A DNA stretch of 63,856 bases, the filler included, from Octopus bimaculoides (taxonomy: Eukaryota), in assembly GCF_001194135.2 (NCBI RefSeq). It is 5 parts of 5 records of this genome, joined end to end, with 100 filler letters (N's around TTAATTAATTAA, not from the genome) between each part and the next. Parts side by side here need not be neighbours in the genome. Positions count along the whole stretch, not along the records: positions 19,848 to 48,425 come from NC_068994.1; 4 more parts are not named here. One strand, 5' to 3'. Position 1 is the stretch's first letter. Every line of letters begins with the position of its first letter. A model generated the notes under the pieces. That model was not told the DNA's origin and made no database searches. It was given only the letters and a program-made list of their open reading frames with translations. Positions 24,040 to 38,445 of the stretch are shown in pieces. Position numbers and translations under genes: made by a program.

Positions 24040-26980
24040 TTTCCATGGATACCCCAACACTAATTCAACATAGATCTAAATGTTTGAATGATTATTATAT
24101 TTTTTGTTCTTATTTCTTCCTCCTGAGTTTTACAATGTATTAAAATCTATTGAAGCATTATTCATTATCTAGTAGTGAACAGTCGTAACATCTGGAGATA
24201 TTTAAGCTTTGAAATTACATGTAACAGTTGGTTGTTTTTATTAATATTTAATACAGACTCAGGTTATAGACTTGTAAATATGATTTCTTTTGTCTATGAA
24301 TACATGTATGTGTGCGCACATGAGTGTTCTGTTTTTAATTACTGTAAAAATCCATATAATTTGTGCACCTGTGTAAATTACACAGGTGATTTTCAGGACA
24401 AAATTTGTTTAAAAAAAGCTTCTACTTGTATAAAATTTGCACCCAAAAGTTTTCTGATATAGCCAGGGAAAAAAAGGTTTTCAATTTAGTTGTATTTAGC
24501 ATAATTTCACTTATGATTAGATTTTATTGAATTTTCATTAAATAAAAATAATTTCTGTTTAACAGGTATCACATTGAAAGCTATTAAATTACAAAGTGTT
24601 TGTGTTGTTTATAATAAACTTTATTTTACATTTCTTGCCCACAAGAGATTATGTCTGATCTTTAGCATACTGCTGTATGTCTTCTCAAATCATGATCACA
24701 GAAAAAGTTGTTGATAAGAGTTACAAACAAAAACAAAGCTGATAAATACACACAGGTGTTGCAAAATAAGTTTAATTACCAATAAACATCAGCTTGGATG
24801 ACACTTTACTCAACCAACAGAGGAAGGTGACCAATCGAACTGATTATGTAAACAGAATTCTTTTCTGCCTATTCTTGTTGGAACCTTTGATACAGAATAA
24901 TGTAATTTTAATCCCTTTCACACTTATAAAATGTCAAGCAAACCTTAAAATTTGTCATTGCAGTTATTGTCAGTATGAGCAGAACTAACGAATCATTTGC
25001 TGCAAAAAAGAAATTAAATATGTTGAATATGCATTTGAACAATAGAACTGCTAGAAGGCATTTTAATGTTAATGAAGCCAATATTCAAAATTGGTGTAAA
25101 CAGTATGAAAACTTAAAACTGTGCCTAGTTATAAACAGACAAAAATAAAAACATACGATCAAGATTATCCATATCATTATATTTTTTTCAGTCAGGAATA
25201 TCCATATCATTATGTATGTCAATGGTGCTCCATTGTGATAGGTAGAAACTCGAAAACAATGTAAAATATGGCCCAGACAATGTTTACCAGCATAAACATC
25301 AGGCTTCAAAAACTGATTAACCATTTAATTGTTTTAGTAAATTTATACAGAAAAAGTAAACATTATACTGTCCAGCATAAATAAAAGTCAACTTCATTAT
25401 ATTTAAGCCCTTAGTTTTTTTTCTGTAAAAATCTATTCTGACATTAAATGAGTCAACTTCTGGTACGAATGTTTATTTTTGCAAAAAATAGTGCATAAAT
25501 TACATAGGTTTTTACAGTATTTAAATTCTTACTCTGAGGAAGAAGCTGGTTTCTAACAAAGCCACAAAGCTCTGCCATTGGAATCACATTAAACTTGAGA
25601 AAAGCCTTGCATATTCTTACTGTTCCACTTACAGATTGTATTTGTAATGTGCTAATTAACTGACTGATATCTCTTTTTCAGAAAACCCTAGCTTATCCAG
25701 ATTTTCACTTTGGTATTTTGTTTTTTGTTTTACTTTGCTGTGACAGCAGATTGGGGCAGCTTCCAGATGAGGCAGATAGGCTTGGGGTTTGGGGTAGATA
25801 GCAGGTGAGAGAGCTTAAGTTGGGATTTGGGATATATTTCCATGGAGGATGTTTAAGGTGATAAATTTGGGATAAATTGCAAGTGAGGAAGATTAAGTTG
25901 GGATTGGGGTAGATTGCTGGTGGGATTCTAAGTTGTGCTTTGTAAGGTTACCATTTGTCTTTTGATGTTATCGCTGCCACCCAGTCTAAAATACTTGAGT
26001 TGCTTGAGCTAGAAATACAGCATCTTCTGCAGCACTAGTACTTAGCACTGGATTGGACATCTTGTATGACAATTTGGGTAATGGGGAAGAATAGAGGTGA
26101 GGGTGAGAATGAAAGGAAAATAGAGAGAATGTGCTTGATAGAGTGAATGGAAGTTATAGAAAGAGAGGTGGTGAATTGAAGTGACGGAAAGAGAAAAGGG
26201 AGAATTATTAACTCACTGTATGATATGAAATGCTTAGCAGCATTCCTTCTGGCTTCATATTCTGAGTTCAAATTCTGCAGAGTGTGTCAAAAAGGAATTT
26301 TAATCAATTGAAACTGAACACATAATGAGAAGAAAAGTCATTAGGGCTAATGACAATTCTTGTCATGATAGACAAGGGAGAGAAATTTGAAATTAAAATT
26401 GATTAAAAATTAAATGCTGTGATGCACAGTGTGGAGAAAATCCAATCTTTGGTAAGTTTGGTGACAATTCTGGGCGTGTTTGGATTTGTTAACCCTTCAC
26501 AGCAATGTATAACCTAATATGTACTGAGGAAATCTTAGAATTCTTAGAACTACTTTGAGAGGTTATAGACTTTATTGAGAACTGTAGTTTCTAGAGAAGA
26601 AACAATAGAAAGACTTGGTTCAATAACAAAAGATTAAAAAGGATCAGTAAAAATATCCATTGAACACATCAGTTTCACCTGTAATGAATGCCTGTGATCA
26701 AGGCAGGTGTTCTAACTAAGCTATCATCACCATCGTCATCATATGTCCATTTTCCAGACTGGCATAGGTTGGCTGTTTTGACAGGAGCTAGCAAGCTAGA
26801 GAGCTGCACTAGGCTCCAGTTGTCTGTTTTAGCATGGTTTATGAAATTTGGGGTAAGGATCCAGTTGATTACATCAACCCTTGTGCTCAACTGATGCTTA
26901 TTTTATCAACCATAGAAGGATGAAAGAAAAAGTCAGCCATGGCAGAACTTATAACTAACGAATATGTTGAAATAAGATTA

Positions 26981-27130
26981 TAAAATATTGAAAATATTGG
27001 AATGAGCTTTATAAATAGTGAAAATATTGAAAATATTGGAATGAGCTTTATAAATAGTGAAAATATTGAAAACATGGGTATGAGATTAATATTTATAAAT
27101 ATTGAGAATACTGAAATGACGCTTTCAATA
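26981..27130. repeat. 39-bp AT-rich minisatellite (~3 units)
   Basis: gaaaatattgaaaatattggaatgagctttataaatagt at 26981 and 27020; degenerate at 27059. Confidence 0.85.
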
Positions 27131-27271
27131 CCAACCCACATGATAGCACTTTCGATGCCAACCCACCTGGTTCTACAGTACCAACTTCCTTATTAAAGGG
27201 AATCTCATTAAAATCTTCCATCAAAATTTCATGTTAATTGTTCCAAACACCAACTTAATAATGACAAGATC

Positions 27272-27465
27272 ATTTTTCAAAATCTTCCATTATTTTCAAA
27301 AACCTTCATTATTTTCAAAATTCTATATTATTTTCAAAGTTCATCATTTTCAAAATCCTGCATTATTTTCAAAATCTTCCATTATTATCCAAATTCTTTT
27401 TTGTTTTCAAAATTCTTCATCATTCTTAAATACTTCTTATTTTCAAAATCTTTCATTATTTTGAA
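27272..27465. repeat. ~19-bp degenerate minisatellite (tattttcaaaatcttccat), ~10 units
   Basis: Directly visible. Confidence 0.8.
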
Positions 27466-27984
27466 GAATAATTTAAAAGAAAGCTATATATTTTAATGGA
27501 AATAAGGTAACAAAAGGGTTAAATTTATAAATATTGAAAACATTGAACAGAAATTTATACACTGTAAATATCAAAAATATAAAAATGAGATTTATATTTA
27601 CAAATATTGAAAACTGAAATGAGGTTTATAAAATATTATAAATTTTAACCAGAGATTCAGAAACTGAAACTGTTTTCCCATGGCCGGACATGTTTTTCTT
27701 GGAAGATTGGAAATGCATGACATTGCGTGTATAACAGTGACATTTGTTTACCTTTTTGCAACCATAATATGATGTTAAAACAAGGATAAACACACACATA
27801 TACACAACTGATATGTGTGTGTGTATGTGTAGGTTGTTTGAAGTGTATAGATTTTATACATTAAGAAAAAGAAGGTACTCGGAATTTGGATAAAAATGAT
27901 TTATTTACCACTTAACATTCCCTTTCAGTGATTCATCGTGAATGACTTTTTATAGAAAATTCATCCCTTACATGTATATACATA

Positions 27985-28050
<66 letters not shown>

Positions 28051-28177
28051 GTGAAAAATATCTGGAGTTGACTGTTTTCTTGTGTTTTGGAAAGAGAATG
28101 TTTTGAGAGCAAAACCCAACAAAACAACTCCAGTTTCTTTCAACTGTTTCACACACACACACACACACATATATATA

Positions 28178-29344
28178 CAGGGTGTGTAAAATATTTGAGG
28201 ACAGATTTATGTTTATAAAAAATACAGATATGTAATAACAGATAATAACTTTATTTATCAAAAAATGCTATGAGGATAAAAATAAACCTTCTTTTCTATA
28301 ATGTTATTCAATAAAGTCACCTGCAGCTTCAACAACTGTTTCTATATGAGATCTAAATCATCTACATGCTCAAATCAAGTGGTCCTGGTTCATTTTGGAT
28401 ATTACTCTGACTATGGCAGCTTTCAAAGAATCTTTGGTGTTATGGGCATGTTCATTGACCTCTCTCTCAACAACGTTTCACATGTAATAGTCCAATGGAT
28501 TGAGATCTGGGGAATTAGGAATCCAAATGTTAGAGGTTATGTGATAATGAAAATTTTCAGCCATCCATTCTTGTGTTACTAGAACCATGTGTGATAGTGA
28601 AGAGTCTTACTAAAACACATATGGCCTTCCATTGCATACACTGTTTATCCAGGGCTTAACAATTATTCCCAGGATCTCAATGTAGGTGGCAGAATTAGCT
28701 CTAAGGCCTTGTGGAAAGAAATAAGGAGGTATCACATGTCCTTGATTGCTGACAACCCCTAAAACCATGACAGTTGCAGGAAATTTTGTATGCATGACAC
28801 TTAGAACTTCAGAAAGTTCTGCACATAACCATGTCATTTCTTCTGTTAACTTCTTGATCTTGGTCGAAGTTTTTCTCGTTTGAGAAAAACCAAATCAAAT
28901 CTTCTGCTGGATTTTTCAGTTTGTTTAAGAGCCTTTTAGATCTGATGTAGTGATTTTCTTTTGCTTTTTCTGACAAATTGAGCTTTCCTCATCATATAAG
29001 ATTGTAATCAATGATCTGTTGAACTTGCTGGATAAATTCAGGTGTTCTGATGATTTCAGAGCATTTAGAATGCTTTTTATGCTTCAATACTGGTGATACA
29101 TTTCCATCCTCAGTCTCTAGCTCCTTACAAACTTTGTAGATAAAAGATCTGGCAACTTTTAGAAATAGAGATATTTCTAAATTGCTATGCTCAGCCTTTA
29201 TAACCACAATAACAGCATGCCTCTTCATTTCTTGAGTAAGCTGAGGATCTACCATTATTATTTTCTGAAACAAAGATTGTATAGAGTTAGCAAAAAATGC
29301 AGCAATGACTCAAAAGAGATATGTTCTCAAATACCTTATGCACC

Positions 29345-29347
<3 letters not shown>
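28178..29347 (-). mobile_element. Tc1/mariner DD37D (maT) transposon with both TIRs and defective transposase
   Basis: TA|cagggtgtgtaaaatatttgag ... ctcaaataccttatgcaccctg|TA. Transposase pieces MKRHAVIV..., WFFSNEKNFDQDQ, KFPATVMVLGVVS, QDSSLSH...WIPNSPDLNPLDYY; 37 residues counted between the last two Asp. Confidence 0.9.
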
Positions 29348-29389
<42 letters not shown>

Positions 29390-29495
29390 TATATATATAT
29401 ATAAAAGGTATGAATTTTCTATAAGAAATCATTCATGATGAATCCCTGAAAGGGACGAAAGCACTATATTAGTCATTTACATCCAAATTCTGACA

Positions 29496-29546
<51 letters not shown>

Positions 29547-30799
29547 ATATTTAGTCAGCCTGGAGCTATAGCAGAAAACTCTGCCCAAAGTGCTAAGGCG
29601 CTGCACATTGGGACTGAATCTGAAACGATATGGTTGGGCAACAAGCTTTTTAACCACACAGCCATGCTGGTACCTAAATATCACATATTTACAAATATTT
29701 ACAAATATTGAAAATATTGAAATTAGTAATATAGAAAATAATTAGCATTTAAAAAAAATTTTAAAATAAAATCTAGGCAGTTGCTTCTGATGATGTTTTA
29801 CCAAAATAGTCTAGCATTAAGTAGTGACATGCAGGTAATCTGGCAAAAAATACCTGCGGCACCACTACTTAATATAGCTATTGGTTGTTTCAAATCTTCA
29901 ATTACAAAGCAAATATAATAAGCAAATGAAAATTAGCAGATTAATGCAATGTGTAATGCACAGGCTATCAAGTATTGTACTAAGTATTTTCTTAGTATAT
30001 TAGTAAATGATGTATGTGATATTACCAAAAGAAGCTGTTTTGTTTTATAGCTGTTCTTAATCATGTTCAAAAATAACAAACAAGTTAATATGAATATGGA
30101 TACTCTCACCTTCCAGGGGTTATAATTATATTGTTGTTGTTGTTGCTCCTGCTGTTGTTGTTACTCCAGATCAGCCTCAACGAAGCAGGCTTACGATAAA
30201 GATATTTTTGTTTGTTTTTGTTGTTGTTTTTTTTCCCAGATATAATGTATTATCTGTACTTCCCTTTATCTAAGACCGTTGGGTATATTAGTGAGAGATT
30301 CGGCTGCTCTCTCTAGCAGGTTTACTGACCATACAGAAGCTTCTTCAGTGCTTCATGATCTGAGATTGCATGGCATTGCCAAGGAACTGAATCCTTAACC
30401 TTATGATTGTTGGCTGTACATATTTGATATTTTCAATAATTAACAGCTAACAATTTCAACATGGAGAATTTAAACATTATAAACATCAGTTTGAGACAGA
30501 AAAGAGAAATAACTCCACAGTTGAAGGATCTGGTTATCTTTTCTGTTTCAAAATGCTATGTTTAAGCAATATCATACAAATACCTATATTTATAATGTTT
30601 TATAAATAAAACAATGAAGTAGATAAGGCTACAAATTAGATTGGATTTCCCATTTTCAGTCCACTGCCGGACAAGTTGTCTCAACATATTCTTTCCACCA
30701 GTCACAGTCTGGTGTGGAGGCCACACACCCTGAACTTGAAATCACATTTGTTTGATGAACCTACTCTGTCACACTGGCTCGATATGCCTTGGCAAAATG

Positions 30800-31240
30800 A
30801 TGCAGTGTTTATGCTCACATCCAAGAGTAGTTATGTTGATTACAACGACCCCAGTACTCAACTGGTACTTATTTCATTGACTCTAAAAAGACGAAAGGCA
30901 AAGTTGATCTTAACAGAATTTGAACTCAGAACGAAAAGACGGACAAAATACCACTAAGCGTTTCATCCAGTGTGCTTATAATCCTGCCAGTTCACAGCCT
31001 ATAAATAGCAGCATATAAATATTCATTTCAAATTTTGGTACAAGGCCAGCAATTTCAGAAGAGAGGTAAAGTTGAATACATCAAACCCAGTGCTCAGCTG
31101 GTACTTATTTTATCAACTCTGAAAAGATGAAAAGCAAAGCCAGCCTCAATGGAATTTGAACTCAGAACGTAAGAACTATCACTAAACATTTCATCTAGCA
31201 TGCTAATGATTCTGTCAGCTTGCCGTCTATAAATCACAAC
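30800..31240 (-). mobile_element. Two adjacent decayed SINE-A copies
   Basis: Two gaatttgaactcagaacg B-box segments (30919, 31153) with similar flanks. Confidence 0.75.
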
Positions 31241-32284
31241 ACTTAAATATTGCATTAAAAATCCCTTTAGATATAATATTTATAGCTTTATCTTATTTGA
31301 GTTACAAACAAGTTACTTCATGACTCTCAAAGATTCTAAATTCATGCACATAAATCAAAATAGTGTTTAGAAGAAAAGCTGTTTCCCATCGGTATTCATC
31401 TCAGAATTCTGTCTTGTATGTAAAAGTAAGACAAGGTGGTTTCAAACGCCATCTTGATGTTATGAACTGTCAACTGAGCATTTTGAATCATGGAAATGCC
31501 CAAAATGGCGGTCACAACAATAAGATACGCTTATTTTCTGAAACTTGTCTCAAAATTATTTGCTGGCTGTTTAGCGGATGTCTGTCATTGCTTAACATCA
31601 AGCATGAATGTCCATCTAAGCTGATACACGAGGTCTGATGTAATCTATCATTGCAACTGTAACAATTAGTATCTCATGATGTACATAGAAGTTGGTGTCA
31701 TAGCTTCTATCATCAATGAACGTTCATCTTCCATGGTGGCTTTGGGCGACAGGTTTGACAAGATCTGATAGATCCAAGGAAGGTATCATGCTCTTCTGTC
31801 TGCTTTGGTATGGTTTCTACAGCCGGGTACCCTTCTTAATGCCAACCACTTTATAGTGGGTACTGGATGATTTTTGATTCAATTAGCACTAGTGAGATTG
31901 TCATGCAACTCACAAGACTACAAACCCTGAGGGGAAGGGTTGAGTTTATGCTAAGAGATGAGGGGTTTAAAGTATGACAGAAAGTGGAATGGAGAGCTGG
32001 TTCCTGTTGTAGAGAAACTACATGGCTACTCACAATTAAAAAAGAGGGTGAAAATAATCTGTAGGAGAGGCAAAGAGCGATTGGAAATCCTCTTTAGTAC
32101 AATTCTATTATCTATTATTTGAACTCAGAATGTAAGAATTTCAGTAAAATAGAAGACAATAAACATATACGTCCACAATATAATGGTAATCAATGCAAGA
32201 ACATCGAGGCATTCTTCTTGTGGTAACAAATTTTCAGCCAGGTCAGAAATTTCAGCTCTGCTGAGTTAGTACACAGTTCTTTTT

Positions 32285-32675
32285 TGTCTTGTCTTGGCAC
32301 TCCATCGCTTACGACGACGAGGGTTCCAGTTAATCTGATTAATGGAACAGCCTGCTTGTGAAATTAACGTGCAAGTGGCTGAGCACTCCACAGACACGTG
32401 TACCCTTAACGTGATTCTCGGGGATATTCAGCGTGACACAGTGTAACAAGGCTGACCCTTTGAATTACAGGCACAACAGAAACAGGAAGAAAGAGTGAGA
32501 GAAAGTTGTGGTGAAAGAGTACAGCAGGGTTCGCCACCACCCGCTGCCGGAGCCTCGTGGAGCTTTAGGTGTTTTCGCTCAATAAACACTCACAACACCC
32601 GGTCTGGGAATCGAAACCGCGATCCTATGACCGCGAGTCTGCTGCCCTAACCACTGGGCCATTGCACCTCCACAC
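32285..32675 (-). mobile_element. SINE family C, full length
   Basis: Highly similar to 23660-24039. Confidence 0.9.
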
Positions 32676-33107
32676 NNNNNNNNNNNNNNNNNNNNNNNNN
32701 NNNNNNNNNNNNNNNNNNNNNNNNNNNNNNNNNNNNNNNNNNNNNNNNNNNNNNNNNNNNNNNNNNNNNNNNNNNNNNNNNNNNNNNNNNNNNNNNNNNN
32801 NNNNNNNNNNNNNNNNNNNNNNNNNNNNNNNNNNNNNNNNNNNNNNNNNNNNNNNNNNNNNNNNNNNNNNNNNNNNNNNNNNNNNNNNNNNNNNNNNNNN
32901 NNNNNNNNNNNNNNNNNNNNNNNNNNNNNNNNNNNNNNNNNNNNNNNNNNNNNNNNNNNNNNNNNNNNNNNNNNNNNNNNNNNNNNNNNNNNNNNNNNNN
33001 NNNNNNNNNNNNNNNNNNNNNNNNNNNNNNNNNNNNNNNNNNNNNNNNNNNNNNNNNNNNNNNNNNNNNNNNNNNNNNNNNNNNNNNNNNNNNNNNNNNN
33101 NNNNNNN

Positions 33108-33260
33108 GGTTGGTTGGTTGGTTGGCTGGTTGGCTGGTTGGCTGGCTGGTTGGCTGGCTGTCTGGCTGGTTGGTTGGCTGGCTGGTTGGTTAGCTGGTTG
33201 GTTGGTTGGCTGGTTGGTTGGTTGGCTGGCTGGTTGGTTGGTTGGTTGGTTGGTTGGTTT
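33108..33260. repeat. (GGTT/GGCT)n microsatellite
   Basis: Directly visible, next to an N gap. Confidence 0.95.
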
Positions 33261-33767
33261 GCTCTTCTGGTAGTTCTTTAGTTAACTATTCAACAAGTTG
33301 ATTCATTAAATATTTATCAATATCATTAATTGAGTTTTCAGCTTTTTAGTAAAATATTCAGTTAGTTGGCTTCATGACAATTAAACTAATTGGTTACTTG
33401 ACAATTCGATTAGTCAGTTAACTTCTTTTACAGTTAGTTGGTTACTTAATTCTTTAGCTAGTTTGTAAATTTTTCAGTTAGTTAACTTTACAGGTAGTTA
33501 GTAAATAAATTTGGAGTTAATTAGTTCATCAATTCAGTTACTTAGTTTGCTAAACAATTTGGTTAGTTAACTCTTCACCTATTCAATCACTTAATTCTTC
33601 AATCAATTGGTTACTTAACTATCCAGTTCATTAGTTAATTTTCCAGTAAATTCAGTCGACCACCTGAAAAGAAAAGATATCAGTCTAAATCAGAACTTTA
33701 CTCAAAATTTTGACAATATAATTTAAATTTCATCATAAATTCTTCAACAACTGACAGAAGCCCATCC

Positions 33768-33812
<45 letters not shown>

Positions 33813-34514
33813 NNNNNNNNNNNNNNNNNNNNNNNNNNNNNNNNNNNNNNNNNNNNNNNNNNNNNNNNNNNNNNNNNNNNNNNNNNNNNNNNNNNNNNNN
33901 NNNNNNNNNNNNNNNNNNNNNNNNNNNNNNNNNNNNNNNNNNNNNNNNNNNNNNNNNNNNNNNNNNNNNNNNNNNNNNNNNNNNNNNNNNNNNNNNNNNN
34001 CTATTGGGGATAAAATTTCAAAAGGAATGAAAAATAAAAACATTTACCAATCTAGTTCCTGAACCAATGGAACTTTGCTGTTCTTTCTAGTGTGAGGGAA
34101 TCCTATGATGGATACCTCTTATGTGTTTAAATGTACACTGTATTTATATATATATATATATATATATTCTTTTATATATATTTTAAATTTGTGTATGGTA
34201 ACACTTTGAATATGCAAATAAAGCTCCTATTCCATTATGCTGACCAGAGACTAATGATGCTGACTGGTGAAGCAGTTTTTTGGGGTTGCATCAAGCTGTT
34301 CCAATATAATGTAGGATAAATGAATCCATGAGGATGATCTACCTGATGCCCACAGATACTACAGATTACACTGTAATCATCCCAGGAATATGGACTGCTG
34401 TGTGTGTATGAGTGGGTGTGGGTATTTTGTGGGTTTGATGATTTGACAGGATCCAGTGAGCCACGAGGCTGCATCATGCTCTTTGTCAGCTTTGGTATGG
34501 TTAGGGTTTCTCAT

Positions 34515-34740
34515 TTCTTTATTGCCCACAAGGGGCTAAACATAGAGGGGACAAACAAGGACAGACAAAGTGATTAAGTCGATTACATCGACCCCAATGC
34601 GTAACTGGTACTTAATTCATCGACCCCGAAAGGATGACAGGCAAAGTCGACCTCAGCAGAATTTGAACTCAGAACGGCAGACGAAATACCACTAAGCATT
34701 TCGCCCGGCGTGCTAACGTTTCTACCAGCTCGTCGCCTTC
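34515..34740 (-). mobile_element. SINE family A, tail type ii
   Basis: Same head as 362-580; tail ttgtctgtccttgtttgtcccctctatgtttagccccttgtgggcaataaagaaat. Confidence 0.9.
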
Positions 34741-35578
34741 CTATGGTTTCTATGGCTGGATGCCCTTCCTAAAAACACCAATCACTTTACAGCACACACT
34801 GTGTGCATTCTTCTATGCCGCTGCCCACCAAATAATTTGGAGGGTAGAAGAAGAACAATACAAGCGAAAGGAATAAAGAAAATATCACCCTCAGCTAAGT
34901 GGGAGGTAGGATGAAATATTTGAAATTGTGGGAAGAGGTGACTTTATGCCAGTTGCTGGGGTTGAAGAAATGTATAATAGAAGGACAGGCACAGGTGTCT
35001 TGTCCCAATAAAATAAAATATAATTAAACTTTAATCAAATAACTATTATTCAGGTCACATTAACATCACAGTGAATATAAAACAAAGACAAGTTATTCCA
35101 ATCAATATCAGTTGCTTTCTGTCACTGATGTGTGGAAGTTTGCCTATCCAGATGGTGGTATGATACAAACTTAATAATACATATAAGGAGATTAAATTCC
35201 AAACAGCAACAGGCACTTACCATTGGGCTGAATCAATATTTCCATTGATTTAGAAGTTATTACTAGGAATCAATATTTGTAATATTTGATTGTTTATAAT
35301 TAATGATATTAGGAGGGTTTGCTCCCTTAGACGGACCTTTATTTAAGGAGGAATTTATTTAAGGAGAAATTTGAATATGAACCAGACTTAGAGACAATGT
35401 TTTTGGTGTTTACTTTTTACCTTTTACCCTGAAGATGTGTAAGGTAATTTATCTATTTAACTTGAATTTGACAGTTAAATATAACCTTATACAGAAATGT
35501 TGACATAGGAATAAACTTCAATAATAATGGATATTAGCATCAAAACTCTCTTTTAAATTTTTGATGTGTATATATATG

Positions 35579-35628
<50 letters not shown>

Positions 35629-35639
35629 CGTGCGTGCGT

Positions 35640-35880
35640 GTGTGTGTACGTGTGTGTGTGTGTGTTTGCGTATCTGTGTTTGTTCCCTCCCCATCGCTTG
35701 ACAACTGATGTTGGTGTGATTATGTCCCCATAACTTAGCGCTTCGGCAAAAGAGACCAATAGAATAAGTACTAGACTTACAAAGAATAAGTCCTGGGGTC
35801 GATTTGTTCAGATAAAGGTGGTACTCCAGCATGGCCACAGTCAAATGACTGAAACAAATAAACAAATAAAAGAAAGACTA
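35640..35880 (+). mobile_element. SINE family B, 3' half
   Basis: ccatcgcttgacaactgatg...ccagcatggccacagtcaaatgactgaaacaa. Confidence 0.85.
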
Positions 35881-37470
35881 AAAGATGGCTAAACTGGCAA
35901 CATGACCATCCCCAGGTACAACAATATATGTATATATATATATATATATATAACGTGAGAGAGTTAGGGGTTGGGGGTACAACCCACTAAGGGATAGTAT
36001 CTATCCAGTATACTGCTGGGAGGGTACCCAATTATTGCTACACTAGTGCTATACTAGGTGCAATCAATGGGAGCGGGTAAAAGTGGAGGTTTTACCCAAA
36101 ATTTGTGTAACAATTAGAAAATGGAGGATAATATGCTGAACCCNNNNNNNNNNNNNNNNNNNNNNNNNNNNNNNNNNNNNNNNNNNNNNNNNNNNNNNNN
36201 NNNNNNNNNNNNNNNNNNNNNNNNNNNNNNNNNNNNNNNNNNNNNNNNNNNNNNNNNNNNNNNNNNNNNNNNNNNNNNNNNNNNNNNNNNNNNNNNNNNN
36301 NNNNNNNNNNNNNNNNNNNNNNNNNNNNNNNNNNNNNNNNNNNNNNNNNNNNNNNNNNNNNNNNNNNNNNNNNNNNNNNNNNNNNNNNNNNNNNNNNNNN
36401 NNNNNNNNNNNNNNNNNNNNNNNNNNNNNNNNNNNNNNNNNNNNNNNNNNNNNNNNNNNNNNNNNNNNNNNNNNNNNNNNNNNNNNNNNNNNNNNNNNNN
36501 NNNNNNNNNNNNNNNNNNNNNNNNNNNNNNNNNNNNNNNNNNNNNNNNNNNNNNNNNNNNNNNNNNNNNNNNNNNNNNNNNNNNNNNNNNNNNNNNNNNN
36601 NNNNNNNNNNNNNNNNNNNNNNNNNNNNNNNNNNNNNNNNNNNNNNNNNNNNATATATAAAAGGATTACAGAGCTTTCAGAGCTAGAGATTCATATGGCC
36701 AGTTTCTTGGATTCTGTGGTGTATATATTTTCCCTTGGACAAAATACTGAGCCAGCATCACAGGATCACTCACCTTTGCCAGCTGAGTGGACTGTAGTCA
36801 TGTGAAATGAAGTGTTTTGCTCAAGAATACAAATGCATCACCCAGTCCAGAAATTGAAACCACAATATTGTGAAGATGAGTGTGACACCCCAACCACTAT
36901 GTATGTACTGGATGTGTGAGACTTAGTGGTTGGGGTGCCACTCTCATGTTCACAATATTGTGGTTTCAATTCCTGAGCTGGGAGTCAAAATGCAGCTGGG
37001 AATCAAAATGTAATTCAGAAATGCAACTGCACATGGACTGCTGGCGATTTTTCCTCTTCCTTCCTTCTTTCCCTTTGGACGTTCCTATTTTTCCTGTTTC
37101 CAACAAAGAGCTATATTCGAAACATAAAACAACAACTCTCTTCTTTCTCCAAGCGTCAATTTGATACATTGCTTGGGCTACATCCTCACGTTTGTTTGTT
37201 TTTTCTTTTGCTTTTTTTCTCAGTTTTTTTTTAATTGATTAAACAGTATGTATATATATAACTCTTTGAAATGCTTAGTTTTAGAATGGTGGCAGCAGAT
37301 GAAGGAAATGTTCTCTATGTGGCTTGTGTGTTTTCTGTACTTTGTTTATCATTTTGTTCACGTTTTTTTTGCAACGTCCTGTACCCAGATATGCATCTAT
37401 ATATACATGGAGATGTAGGTATGTACATACATGTACGTATATATGCATATACTCACATATTATTTGTATT

Positions 37471-37533
<63 letters not shown>

Positions 37534-38403
37534 ATNNNNNNNNNNNNNNNNNNNNNNNNNNNNNNNNNNNNNNNNNNNNNNNNNNNNNNNNNNNNNNNNN
37601 NNNNNNNNNNNNNNNNNNNNNNNNNNNNNNNNNNNNNNNNNNNNNNNNNNNNNNNNNNNNNNNNNNNNNNNNNNNNNNNNNNNNNNNNNNNNNNNNNNNN
37701 NNNNNNNNNNNNNNNNNNNNNNNNNNNNNNNNNNNNNNNNNNNNNNNNNNNNNNNNNNNNNNNNNNNNNNNNNNNNNNNNNNNNNNNNNNNNNNNNNNNN
37801 NNNNNNNNNNNNNNNNNNNNNNNNNNNNNNNNNNNNNNNNNNNNNNNNNNNNNNNNNNNNNNNNNNNNNNNNNNNNNNNNNNNNNNNNNNNNNNNNNNNN
37901 NNNNNNNNNNNNNNNNNNNNNNNNNNNNNNNNNNNNNNNNNNNNNNNNNNNNNNNNNNNNNNNNNNNNNNNNNNNNNNNNNNNNNNNNNNNNNNNNNNNN
38001 NNNNNNNNNNNNNNNNNNNNNNNNNNNNNNNNNNNNNNNNNNNNNNNNNNNNNNNNNNNNNNNNNNNNNNNNNNNNNNNNNNNNNNNNNNNNNNNNNNNN
38101 NNNNNNNNNNNNNNNNNNNNNNNNNNNNNNNNNNNNNNNNNNNNNNNNNNNNNNNNNNNNNNNNNNNNNNNNNNNNNNNNNNNNNNNNNNNNNNNNNNNN
38201 NNNNNNNNNNNNNNNNNNNNNNNNNNNNNNNNNNNNNNNNNNNNNNNNNNNNNNNNNNNNNNNNNNNNNNNNNNNNNNNNNNNNNNNNNNNNNNNNNNNN
38301 NNNNNNNNNNNNNNNNNNNNNNNNNNNNNNNNNNNNNNNNNNNNNNNNNNNNNNNNNNNNNNNNNNNNNNNNNNNNNNNNNNNNNNNNNNNNNNNNNNNN
38401 NNN

Positions 38404-38439
<36 letters not shown>

Positions 38440-38445
<6 letters not shown>

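Noticed and set aside
26981-27465. Regularly spaced repeats as a possible CRISPR-like array
   Set aside because: The units are contiguous with no unique spacers, there are no cas genes, and the context is eukaryotic.
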